In this document: piece after piece, positions 46,802-58,569 of the stretch
Position numbering within the stretch: the first letter of the stretch is position 1
How the letters are laid out: each line of letters starts with the position of its first letter
Assembly: GCA_013265495.1 (NCBI GenBank)
Contig: MU061578.1
Span: 4,785,308-4,849,307 of the forward strand
Length of the DNA stretch: 64,000 nucleotides
Direction of reading: 5' to 3'
Origin: Vicugna vicugna
Taxonomy: Eukaryota
The notes under the pieces: model-generated
Database searches by the model: none
Seen by the model: the letters and a program-made list of their open reading frames with translations, nothing else
Told to the model about the DNA's origin: nothing
Position numbers and translations under genes: made by a program

Positions 46802-47861
46802 CTTGTTTGCTTACTGTTAAAATATTAAACGTTACACAAGTCATTGAGTATCTCAATGTTTACTTTTTCAGGCAAGCAATTGAGCTGGTCCAGAGTGAGT
46901 GTATACTGAGGGCTGCTGATTTCTGAGAACTCTCTCAAAGAAGGCACACAGGATTCCTCTGACGATGGTCGTTTCAGTTCGGGAGCACTGTGCCGGGCAG
47001 GCTGATGCTCAGCAGTGCTCACTGCATGTTGAGAGGTCCCGATCCCCACCCCATCTCTGCCCCGCTTCCTTATTTGGGGATTTTTCTCATTATGGGCTTG
47101 AATACATCTTCCAGGTTCTATGTGCCCATGCAGAGGACTTTTAAAAAATTTCTGTACGTACAGAACAGAATGGTGATAACACTTCTAGAGAGGTCACTGC
47201 TGAGTGGACCTCCAGATCAACAAGCAGAGGTGGACAGGGCCCTAGGCAAGGCACATGCTGTTATGTCACGTGTTCTGTCACATTCCAGGTTCAGGGCATC
47301 TCTTTCCATGGACGCCTAAGTCTGCACAGGCCTGGAGGAAGGCATGGGCAGGAGCTAGGGAGTCTCAGTAAAGCCACAGGCAGACATCCTGCTGTCACAC
47401 AGGGAGCAGACAACCATGGCTCTGCCCTCCTTATCAGAGGTGTGGAATAGGGATGGCTTTGTTGGTGGCACTGGCCAGCACTCGGCACTTTTCCCGAAGA
47501 CCGAGATGGGTCTCAGCTAGGAAAGCATTTCCTTCATGACATGGGGAGCCCACAACAGTCAGTGGTATTAAAAGTCTACGTGTGCACAGGCTGAAGAAGG
47601 CATGAAAGGTACTTAACGTTTGCTGGTAGAATCTGTGGTCTTTTAGGACACACAAGACAAGAAAGCATTTACCCATCCAACAAACATTTGCCAAGTGCTT
47701 ACTGTGTGATGGGCACTTATACCAGGTATTAAGGATTTGGAAATGAAAATCACAGTGTTCTTAATCCAAGGAGTTCACAGTCCGCTAATGCCTGCATGTG
47801 CTGTAATTGCTATAACTGAAGCCCAACAAAACATCAGGGAATTCTGGAGAAGACCAGAATT

Positions 47862-47862
47862 C

Positions 47863-47893
<31 letters not shown>

Positions 47894-47896
47894 CGT
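47862..47896. repeat. (GT)n(GC)n compound microsatellite
   Basis: Continuous purine-pyrimidine alternation, about 35 bp. Confidence 0.9.
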
Positions 47897-47910
47897 AAGA
47901 TAGAGTGAGC

Positions 47911-48029
47911 TCTGGGAAGGCTCCCAGGAGGAGATGACACAGGAGACCAGTCCCAAAAAGACAGAGTGAGAAGGCTCTCTCTGTCTGGGAAGGCTCCCAG
48001 GAGGAGATGACACAGGAGACCAGTCCCAA
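47911..48029. repeat. Perfect 46-bp direct repeat with hairpin spacer
   Basis: 47911-47956 is identical to 47984-48029. Confidence 0.9.
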
Positions 48030-48550
48030 GTTTCTTGTTAGCTAGCGTGGGGAGGGTATTATAAGATCACGAAGAAGTGAAAGAGTGTGTGTGGAACAGC
48101 AAGTAACTTTGAGTGGCTGGGGAGTGAGCAGCAGGGACTGAGCCAGATCGGGAAGCCGACCAAGGCCTTGGATGCTGTGCCAAGAAGAGAGATGGGTGGA
48201 GTGGGAGTTGGGTGGGTTGGCAGGGATGTGAGGGCATTCAAAATGTTTAGCAATGCTGCTCAAGGGTGTTCTGTTTTACTTAAATTTTTGTCCAGTACAT
48301 AATCTTTTCAATTGTGAGACTATCTAAATCAGTGGATTCTACAGATGAATGTCCAAATAAGCACTGTCAAAAAAAAAAAAAAGGCTGAAGATAGCAGACA
48401 CATTTATAGAGCATGGTCCCCACCAGTAAACCCCACTATTGATCTTCAAGGTGGGTAAGCAAGACAACCTACTGGAGTAAAGGAATGATGAGAAATTCTA
48501 CTTATAAGTAGTTTTCTTTAAAAGCAAAAATGTTTTAAAAAAAGTAGAGA

Positions 48551-48665
48551 GGAATGGGTATAGCTCAGTGGTAGAGCATGTGCCTAGCATGCACAAGGTC
48601 CTGGGTTCAATCCCCAGTACCTCCATTAAAACAAAAAAAATTTCACTATTAAAAAAAAAGAAAGA
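48551..48665 (+). mobile_element. tRNA-Ala-derived SINE (Vic-1 type)
   Basis: GGGTATAGCTCAGTGGTAGAG...GGTTCAATCCCCAGTACCTCCA, A tail, TSD aaaaatgttttaaaaa. Confidence 0.85.
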
Positions 48666-51600
48666 AAAAATGTTTTAAAAATTGGCTTTATTAATATTTA
48701 GTATGGGGATGCACCATGGCACTCTTGCAGGCCTGCGTGTCAGTGGCTACAGCATCCTGACAGAGGAGGGGCTCCGTGACATGGAGGTGATGGTGGGCCC
48801 TTGCCTACTAGTTTACTCGAAGAGTCTTGGGTGTTTTAGAGTTTCTACGCTTCATGATATCATGGTTGGGTCAATTGAAAAAAAGACTTAATAGCTGAAG
48901 TTTTACAATCCTTTCGCGTGATTGTAGGGAATGTCCACGAATGCCTGTTTATCCTGTGACTTAGAACCTAAGAAGGAAATACACATTTTCTTTCATGAGA
49001 AGTTTCAAACCTGGAAACCGTTTTCTTTTTTTCCCAATAACAAATGAATTCAGTAGTGTGTCAGCCAGCTTACTGATTTTAACCCAATGCACTTAAATCT
49101 GCCCCTTCAAAGGAAAAGTGACAATGCTTGAGAGTTACAGCTTTTCAAAATAATCTGTGCCAAGAACAGAATATTTACAAAAACAGATGCTTGGAGACGT
49201 TTCCCCATGCTTGTGACTGCGCTGCCAAGGGTGCCACCCACAGGCACACAGACACACCTGCACACCACGAGCTTTGGGAACCAGAATTTCCTCCCTCCCT
49301 GATAGCCCCTGAACACTGACCAGCCCAAATTCATCAGAGCCCTTGAACGATCAGCGAGCAGGATTGAAAACCAAGTACTGGACGCATGGCATAGTCTACC
49401 TGCCTTCCTGAGGTTCTGTGTGTTTACCTGTGAGTGCCTGAAGAACCAGAAACTGGAACAAACAGAACTCAGGACCAGACCTTTAAATGCTGGACTCAGA
49501 TTTCACCAAGAGTTTATACTTGGGATGCTGACCTGATCACATGGCTTTCTTTTAAAAACAGTGTACGTTTGTATGATACATCTTGTACTATTAACACATT
49601 AAAACATTTAATTGTCTTCACCTCTCATCCATTCAAAAGACTGTATCTAAATATATTTCTATGTTGTAGTATTCAGGACAGTAGTACACAGTGATCTGTT
49701 ATAAATAAATAAATAAAGTATATGGTGGTACACACTAAAATTCTTTTACCTACAGCAGAGCACAAGAAAAAAAGCTTGTGGACAACTTAGTTACACAAAT
49801 GGCCCTTGTCTGGATAAGGCAGGAACAAATCCACACGCCTCAGTTATTGTCCAAGAGCCCCAACAGGCCAGGTTCAAGGTGGTGGTCATTTGCATTGGTA
49901 GGTCCACATGGAGACCTGGTTTACAGGCCTCACACTCAGTGCCACCACCTGTACTGTCCTGGGTTGGGGTGGCCGGCTCCTTAGGATCAGGTGGCTCTGA
50001 GTTTACACTGGCAGGAGGTGGTGGGGTGTATTTTTAAACCAAAGGTGTGGCCCAAAGGAGGCCATCGGGAGAGAGTTCCACAAAATCTGTGCCACTGCCT
50101 GCTCTCCTAACCCCTGCTGCAGCCTTGGTCCCGTTTCCCGTCCCACTAGCCTTCTGCCCCTCTAGGTGTAGGAAATGAGGTAATGAGGCAACTGAGAATC
50201 CCCAGAGAGAGGTAACCATGGCTCTTCTGTAACAAGCAAGGCAGCAAGCCCATTACTTTGCTCCTGTGATGGTGCCTTCCTGCCTGCTGACTCCAAATCT
50301 CTCTGAATGTGGCAAACAACTCAGCCACTCAAGGGCACAGGCCCTGCCCGAGTCTCCTAGGCCAGGGACTGACATGCCTTACACCTCCCCAGAGGTGTGT
50401 AGGCTTTCTGTGGTTTTGTGTGCTTGGAGTATCACCCACCATTCTCATCTCTACTTGCAGAAATCATCCCTATTGTTTCCCAGCCCAGTCCTAGCCCCTC
50501 TGTGAAGTGGCCACGGACAACCCTGGCTGGTTCAGGGGTTCTTGGTCTTGGCTGCACAGTGGAATCTTCCACTGTGCTTTAAGACAGAAACTGATGCCTA
50601 GGCTCACCCTGGAGACTTTGGACTGTGGTCTGGGCATGGGGCTCTTTCCTGGTGATTCCAACAGGCAGCCACGGTTGAGACCTTCTTATCTTGGTGAAAG
50701 CCTTCCCTCCACCTCTGTCAACAAGTGTCTTCCACTAGTGGCAATTTTTCTGCATGTCTCAAGAGACACTTATTTCGTTTTGTCTTATGTCAGTTACTTG
50801 TGACTAAATCATCTCTTTAGCTCCATCCTGAGGTGCCCAATCGTGCACAGAGCCTTGCCCATCATTTTCCCCAGAGTTCTAGAATGCTTCCTCCTAAACA
50901 GTCTCAATAGCAGAGGAGTCTACTGTTGCTTCAGGAAGCACTGCTGAGAAGAAACTGTCAACTAAGGTGTCTTACCTGGGCCCTCCCAGCTGAGACGAAG
51001 TCAAAACAGGTTCCCATGACACTGCCTGGCCTATGCACTGTGAAAAGCTAGTGACTTTTTAAAAAAACAACTTGAGCTCCCTGCTCTCGTTCAAAAAGGC
51101 TGTTTCATCAGAATGGTGGTAGATCACCTTAGAGAAGGAATGATGTCATCCTGTTTGTTGACTATAGTAAGCAAATGTTCAATGAAAAAAAAAAAACCCT
51201 CTAAGAAGTTAAAAAGGTGGGGAGGGGATTTCCACAGCAACCATTTTAATCTATTTTCCCTTTCTTTTACATTTGCAACGATGTAAACTTTCTAAAGGAA
51301 AACGTCCTTAATTTTTTCAAGTTTACAAAAGGCAGCATCAAAATGTTCTGAATCAAATGATATAGTTGCTCAGGAGAAAAGAGCATAACTTCTTCACTTG
51401 CATCTTGTACAGGGTCTCAGTCACTCACTCAACAAGCATTCCTTGAGTGCCTGTCATGTGCCAGGCACTGGCTCCGTTCTAGGAATGCAGGCCCCAACAA
51501 GATCCAACCTGTGCCTTCAAGGAGCTCACAGGTCAGGAGGCAAAGGGGCAAACAAACAGAAATAACCCCATAAGGTAATGGCTTTAATTAGGCAACGTTC

Positions 51601-52179
51601 CAGGAAGTGAGGAAGGGGCATTCATTCAAGCACCAAATTAGCAAGAGGCACCTGTACTAAGCCCTCATGTTTGGGACACTCCCTGCCCTCATGAAGCTTA
51701 TAGTCTACTTCAGGAAAGAGCCAGTATCTACGTAAACACAAATTCGTACCAAATACAGCCTGATCGTGGGCACCAGGGCTGTTGCAGGTCCCTCTGCCTA
51801 AACAAGGAGGTCCCCTTCCTTCTGTCCCCTACACAACTCCCACCACTAACACTGGACCCCATTTTGAGACTCATCAGAATGAGGGTTTGGGAGCAGGGCA
51901 GACTCCGTTATGGGGAAGCATTCCCACCGACCCTGGGAATCCTGCAACGAGAGATGAGCCAGCAGCATCCTTGGCGGCCCTGTCTCAGCCCTCCCCAGCC
52001 TGGGATGCTGCATGGCGCTGGCAGACAAGTGTTCAAAGTGTCTGCCGGATGAACGCCAGCGGGTCTCAACGCGGTAATTGTCTGCCCACCCTCCTCCTCC
52101 CGGCATAAAGGATTTTGCAGTGATTCTAGCTCCTGGAAGGTTAAGTTTCTCCAAGAGGGGCCGGCTTTGGGGAGCTGCC

Positions 52180-53600
52180 TGAGCGGATAGGGACACGCCC
52201 AGAGGCTCGTGCCGAGAGGAAGCCTGAGTCAGGCAGGGCGGCCTGGCACTGCGAGAAGGTGCACCTGCTGGGCCGGCGCCTGAGGGCGCGGACAGGGCAG
52301 GGAGAGGGCAGGGGCAGGGCAGGGGCGGGGCAGGGCCGGGGGAGGGGCGGGCAGGCAGGCCGGGGAGGGAGACAGCCTGCGGTGGGGAGGACGGCCCCGG
52401 CGAGGAAGCGGCCTCGGAGCTACGAGCCCTGGGAGCCAGCAGGTGCGATCTGCGGGTCCGGGTGTCACTCACCGACCCTTGGCGCCGGGGCGGCGCGCTG
52501 TCCTCTCGCGGGGTCCCCTCCCTCGGCACCTGGCTCAGCTTTGGCCTCACAGCGACGGCGGCGGCGACAGATGCTGACAGCTGCTAGGCAGCCACCGCGG
52601 GGAGGGGGCGCCTGCGACCCACGACCGGCTGATGACCAAGCTGCTCCGGCTCCTGCAGGGGGCGCGCCGGCCGGCTCGCGCGTGCGCAGTGGATTGCCCC
52701 TGCGGGTTCCCGGCCCGCCCAGCCCACCCTCTGCCCCCGCCTGCGCAGTGCTCCGCGTTCCTGCGGCACGGCCGGCAGGGGGCGCGCGACGCGGCAGCCT
52801 GGGCGAGGGCTAGACCCCCTAGAGGAGAATCGCAAGCGCTTACAGGCGGCTGATATAGTCATCGCCGGAACCTATACCTTCGCTGGCCATCTTCCATGGG
52901 CCCTTCGGCATTGTCTTTGTGTGGCGCAGGGCCCTCTTCTCTCAGAGGGAGGGTGCTTTTACGCTTTGGGTCTCCCGGGGTGGACGTTGGGTGAGGAAAT
53001 TTCTAGAAAATGACCACGGGGTAGGCAGGAAAGCCCAGCATCCCTGGATGTGGCCGGGGTCACAGAGTGCAATTCAGAGGGGAAGGGAGGCCTCGGGGGT
53101 CACCGCAGGCAGGAGGGTGGAGAGTTAGTCAGGGTCACCCCAGGAGGGTCACAGGTCGGGTCAGAGTCACCTGAAGCCGACAGTGTCCTGAGGCTGGGTT
53201 GGGGTCACCTTGAACGGGAGGGTCCTGAGGCCCGGCAGGGGTCACCTAGGCGGAGGGTCTCATGGCAGGGACCACGTGGGGCTGAGGGTGGCCTAGGCCA
53301 GAGTGCGGGCGGGCGACGCGGGGCCAACAGTCGCCGCTCGTCTCCCGACCGCCCAGGTCTTGAGCGCTGCCAGTAGCCGGTCGCTTCTGAGGATCCTCCC
53401 GCGGCCCGACGTCCACCTGTCGGTCGGCTGCTTGGGTGCCCCCGGCCCCGACCGGTCTCTGGCGGTTCCCGGCAGAGGTTGCTGGGCAGGAGCTGGGCCG
53501 GCCTGCCCCCCGGACGGCGCCTGCTGACCAGCACAGTCCCGGTCCCCGCTCCCAGCGCGCCTCTGGGATGAGGACCCCACTGATTGAACCGTAAAGTAAT
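52180..53600. promoter_or_regulatory. ABCA3 CpG-island promoter (expected to be shared head-to-head with ABCA17/ABCA17P)
   Basis: Dense CpG, GC boxes, NRF1-like CGCGCGTGCGCA (~52677), contains the exon 1 donor. Confidence 0.85.
52473..52680 (-). other. ABCA3: ABCA3 non-coding exon 1 (5' end approximate)
   Basis: Consensus donor TCG|GTGAGT inside the CpG island, 8.9 kb upstream of the ATG exon. Confidence 0.65.
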
Positions 53601-54569
53601 GACCCAAGTCGGGAGGCTTACTTCTGCCACCCAAAGACAGTGATATGGATTAGTGATAGGGCGTCTCATTGCTCCGTTTTATTTACTTCATAACATCGGC
53701 TTTCCGAAGTGTTACGTACTTGTTTGCTTTTTTCCTGTCCCTCTTACCGGAAGACGGGCTCCATGAGAAAAGGGGTTTTGTTTAGTTCATGGCTGCATCC
53801 TAGGATCCTAGAACTCCTGGGACAGAGGAAGCACTTGATAAATGTTTGTTGAATGAAAGGGTCACAAAGACATGGTTTCAGATCTTGACCTGATCCCCTG
53901 ACTAGCGCAGGCATGTCATTTTAACTTTACGAACCTCAATTTCTTATCCCTAACATTAACTAGATAAGACCGAACTCAAAGGTATTTTGTATTTTAGAGT
54001 TACATGAAAAAAAGCGTAAGTGCTTATCACAATGCCTGACGTATCAATGTCAAATAAAAGGTAGTATAATGTGGATATTACGAGAGACTTTTATATAGCC
54101 TGGTCTCTGTAATGAGGATACAGAAAAAAAATGAAGGCAATTACTGGGTGGGTGGGGAAGTGGATTATTAATGTGTTGGAAAATCTTTTAGAAACCCTCT
54201 CTCCCCAGCATTCCTTACAGACTTGCACCCACTTCCTCTCAACAAAAGTGTTGGGAAAAACTCTGTGAACCTGGCTGACTGGTCCTTCTCACCCTGCTGC
54301 TTCCTTAATCTTTTTTATTTCAAGAGCCAGTCCTTCCCATTTCTAAATTAAATTAATTACACCTTGCAGTTGTTTCAAACCGTTTCTAAACTTGATCCCA
54401 GTTCTGATAACCAAATCCAGGAACAGAACTGGCTGACTCAGAATTTCCCTTATGTGGAAGATGAAGGTGCAGGTACCAGAAGAAGAATGAGCATGTAGGT
54501 CAAGACAGACAATTGCACAGAGGTCTATATCTTTGTTCTTACTCAAGTTAGGATGCTTGCTATTGTAAT

Positions 54570-54710
54570 TATTATTATTTGCACTTTGTTTGTTTTGGGG
54601 GGAGGTGGTTAGGTGTTCTTACTTCTTTCTTTATGGAGGTACCGGGGATTGAACCGACAACCTCATGCCTGCTAAGCATGCACTCTACCGCTTGAGCTAT
54701 ACCCTCCCCC
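54570..54710 (-). mobile_element. tRNA-Ala-derived SINE (Vic-1 type)
   Basis: Reverse complement of GGGGGAGGGTATAGCTCAAGCGGTAGAG; TSD tgctattgtaat at 54558-54569 and 54711-54722. Confidence 0.85.
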
Positions 54711-55479
54711 TGCTATTGTAATCATTATTAATTATAATTGGGAAGGTCACTGACAAAGGAAGATTCATGTGAAAAGATTTCAGGCTCTGGACTCTCCTTC
54801 AAAAACAACTGTCCATAGTTGGCTGGACTCTTTTCATGCTCTTCAACAACCACTGAAAAAATTCATCAAAGTTCTGCTCACGGCCCACTATTGAAACAGA
54901 CAAAACAAATCTAGATGCCCCATCTAATCTCCTTCCAATGGGAGGCCCACATAATGGTCATAACTTTGTTCAAAGTACACTGTAGAGCTAACCAGTTTCC
55001 TGGGCTCTTTAATACTCTCTGGTACATAAATTACTCACATTCATATACCATGAATATATGCCTAGAAATTACATGGTATACTTCTTGAGGTTAACATGGC
55101 TCAGACATTTCTCTAGATTGATGACAAATGTTAAAATGGATGGTGACAATCATAAACAAATCTTACTGCTTTAAAAAAGGCATTAAGCCTACATTACATA
55201 TAGGTTTTTATTATAATGGTTGGCTGACATATATAGTAACATACATATATGCATTTTTAAATGAAACCAAGTTTTTAGTTCCTATTTCTTTTGAGGGGCA
55301 CAAATACTACCTTTCTATCTATATCTATATACGCCTATATATGGATTTTTTTTTGTATACGCATTCAATACAGAATTTTAGAATAGGGCTTCCCCAGTTG
55401 TTTCCACTGGAATACATTATAATTGGGGAATGCCTTCTAGACCAAGGGCTGTACCCATATTCCTTCATTCAGTGACTGA

Positions 55480-55682
55480 GAGGCATTGTATTATAGTGGT
55501 TAAAACCAGTTATGGACTCTGGCCATACAGCCTTGAATTGAATCCCAGATCTTAATGTCTTAACTTTCTGCGCCTTGGTTTCCTTGTGTAAAATGGAGAT
55601 CGTATAGTACCCACTTCATAGGATTGTTGTGAGGATTCAGTGTTATCAAAACATATAAATGCTTAGAAAAGTGTCTGGCACT
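55480..55682 (+). mobile_element. MIR-type SINE
   Basis: CTTGGTTTCCTTGTGTAAAATGG...GGATTGTTGTGAGGATT...GCTTAGAAAAGTGTCTGGCAC. Confidence 0.65.
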
Positions 55683-55684
55683 TA

Positions 55685-56635
55685 GACCAGTTTCCCATTT
55701 TGGGGAGATGGTAAGTAAAGCCTTCTATAATCATTTGTGTACAGGTTCTTATGTAAAAACAAAATTTTTACATTTGAAAATAAAGATTTGCATTTATCTT
55801 GGGTGAAAATTTTGGCATGGGATTGTTGGATTGTATGGAAGTGTATGTTTAGCTTTATAAGACACTGTAAGAAAGTGCCAAAATATTTTTCCAAGTGGCT
55901 GTACCATTTTGCATTGCCACTGGCACGATACAAGAGTTCCAGTTGCTCTGTAACTTTGCCAGCACTCAAAAAACCAAAAAATGTTGTCATTCTGGTAGCT
56001 ATGTACTATTTTATTGTGGTTTAAATTTGCATTTCCCTAATGACTGATGATGGTGAGCATCTTTTCATGGGCTTATTTGCTATACATATAATCTTTTTTC
56101 AGGTGAAGTATCTTCAAATTTTTTTCCCATTAAAAAAATTGGATTGTTTTGTTTTCTGAGTTTTGAGAGTTTTATATATTCTGGATATAAATCCTTTGTC
56201 AGATAAGGAGTTTGCAAATTCTCTCAGTGTGTGGTTTGTCTTTTCATTCTATTAACAGTCATTTGCAGAGAAAACGTTTTTAATTTTGATTAAGTCCAAT
56301 TTATCAATTTTTCTTTTATGATTTTGGTGTCATAACTAGGAAATTTTTGCTTAATCTGAGGTCACAAAGATATTCTCCTGTTTTTTTTTCTATAAGCTTT
56401 ATAGTTTTAAGTTTTGCGTTTAGGTTTGTGCTCTATTTTGAATTAATTTTGTATAATGGATTGAGGTATAGATCAAAGTGGGCTTATTTTTTCCCATCCA
56501 TGGATTCCAACTGTTCCATTGCTTGTTAAAAAGACTACTCTTTTTCCATTGAATTGTTCCTTTGTCAAAAATTGACCATAGGTGTATTTTTGGACTCTCT
56601 TTTCTGTTTTATTGATCTGTGTGTGTATCTTTGAT
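55685..56635 (-). mobile_element. Old L1 ORF2 3' region
   Basis: GTGGCTGTACCATTTTGCATT, GCATTTCCCTAATGACT...GAGCATCTTTTCATG motifs. Confidence 0.75.
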
Positions 56636-56639
56636 CTTT

Positions 56640-57380
56640 TAGCCCAGAATTTGGCAAACTTTTTTTTTTGTAAAGGGTGAGATAGCAAATTTTTTGGCTT
56701 TATAAATGCCAAGAGGCAAAATTTAGGGTATCATACAGATACTTACTACATAAGAGACAAAACAAGTCCCCACAAAGTTTTTATTAGTGAAATTCAATAT
56801 AATAATTGAATACATTTTTTTGGTAACATTTATCTACTGATGAGAAAAATGGAGCTCTTTTTTATGGGATAACATATTGCATAGCTGTGTTCAAAGATAG
56901 AGTTCCCTATCATCAAAATTGATTGTAAATGTTCATCTGTTAATGTTAATCTGTGATGAGATTTTGGGTATTTCATCATGAACATATTTTAATTGAGAGC
57001 ATTCATGACTTGAAAAGCATTGATAGAATTCTATTAGATTCTTCTCTTGATATTTGCCTTTAAACTTGTCATTATATTACAGATTAATCACATCCAATTG
57101 AAGGTTAGGTGGAAGCTCCTCAATTGCACAGTTAAATGGATTTTGAAATATGAAAATTTCTTTTGCATTTACATTGAGGTCTGAAAAAACGCAGCTGGAA
57201 TTGTAGTTTGAGCTTTGAAGGTAGATATTCTACAAATTTGTGTGGGAATGGAGATTTCACTTCTTATTTTATCTTTTGACAGCATAGGAAGTGCTTAGAT
57301 CACGTTGCGTAACATTGGTTGTCATTGAAATGGCTGTACCACAGTAAAAGTTTCACATAAAAGTTCTGTAGAAGCTAGTC
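56640..57380. mobile_element. hAT-Charlie-type DNA transposon fragment
   Basis: Terminal motif TTGGCAAACTTTTT..GTAAAGGG..AGATAG followed by AT-rich transposase-like relic. Confidence 0.5.
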
Positions 57381-58569
57381 TTAAAAACTCTTTAGGTTGC
57401 TTATTTATTCTTGACTGAGTTTTGGTAGTTTGTGACTTTTAAGGAATTTGTTTCATCTAAGTTGTTGAACAAATAGACATCAGTACTACTTTGATAATAT
57501 TTCTTCAGCTTATTTGAAATGTTCTCTTTATCACATACTAAATTCCCCTATATCCTTGAGTGTATATATGACTCTTCTTTTTTATGAGCTGTCTGTTACC
57601 ATTCTAGTACAACATTATTTTAATTTAAGAAGTTGTATAACAAAATATTTTAGTATTCGGTTAGTCTCTGGTTATTATCTGTCTCTTACAGAATTTTTCT
57701 GGTTAATCTCAAGCTTTTATCCTTCATATGGAGTTCAGAATCACTTAAAAATCTTTTTGAAATCTTTTTTAGGGTTATACAAAATTTGTGGATTTATTTA
57801 GGAGAATTAGTATCTTAACAATATTGGCTCTTCCTATGGAAGGACAAGATATGTCCCTCCATTTACTCAAGCCTCATTTTATTGTCTCTTGATAAAAGTT
57901 TCACAGTTTTCTTTATACAGGTTTTCTTCAATACAGGCATATTTCTCGTTATATTTATTCCCTCATATTTTCTTCTGGTGTTGCTATTGTGAACGTGATC
58001 TTTCTCAAATGTTTTTGAGCTGGTTTGTTTATAGGAGAGCTATTGATTTTTTTAAATACTGATTTTGTAATCGGCTACCTTACTTTAACACTCATTGTTT
58101 CTTATGGTTTTTCAATTGTTCTTTTGGTTTTTCTGTGTATACAATTTTTTAATATGCAAATAATCATAAATTAGTCCCTTCTTCACCTATGTTTATGCCT
58201 CTTGATTCATTCTGTCATTCTAGTAGCACAAGGCCACCAAGAGCTCTTACAGCATACTGTGCCTGCCGAGGAATTGCCAAAAGGTGACACCCATCACTTA
58301 TAAAGGCACTTCCTCTCTGTGGACCAATTAAAGGCATCCCAGCTGTGCAGACCAATTAGATTAAGGTACCCCTCTGAGTGGGCCAGTTAACACAAGTCAC
58401 TCTGCCAGTTCACCCAGCCTTGTAGTAGGGTGAAGTGAATAGAGCACAGGCTGGATCTCAGCCCCTGCTCTTATTCCCCTGGCCAGATGCCCGTAGTATG
58501 TGGGGAACAGCCTGGCTCTGAGTTAGCATTTCCAGAACAATGTTAGAAAATAATGTTGCAGCTGGCATT

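Noticed and set aside
47911..48029. CRISPR-like repeat-spacer-repeat
   Set aside because: Mammalian DNA, two repeats only, no cas genes.
51846..53669. Long Pro/Arg/Gly/Ala-rich ORFs
   Set aside because: Stop-codon scarcity in a CpG island.
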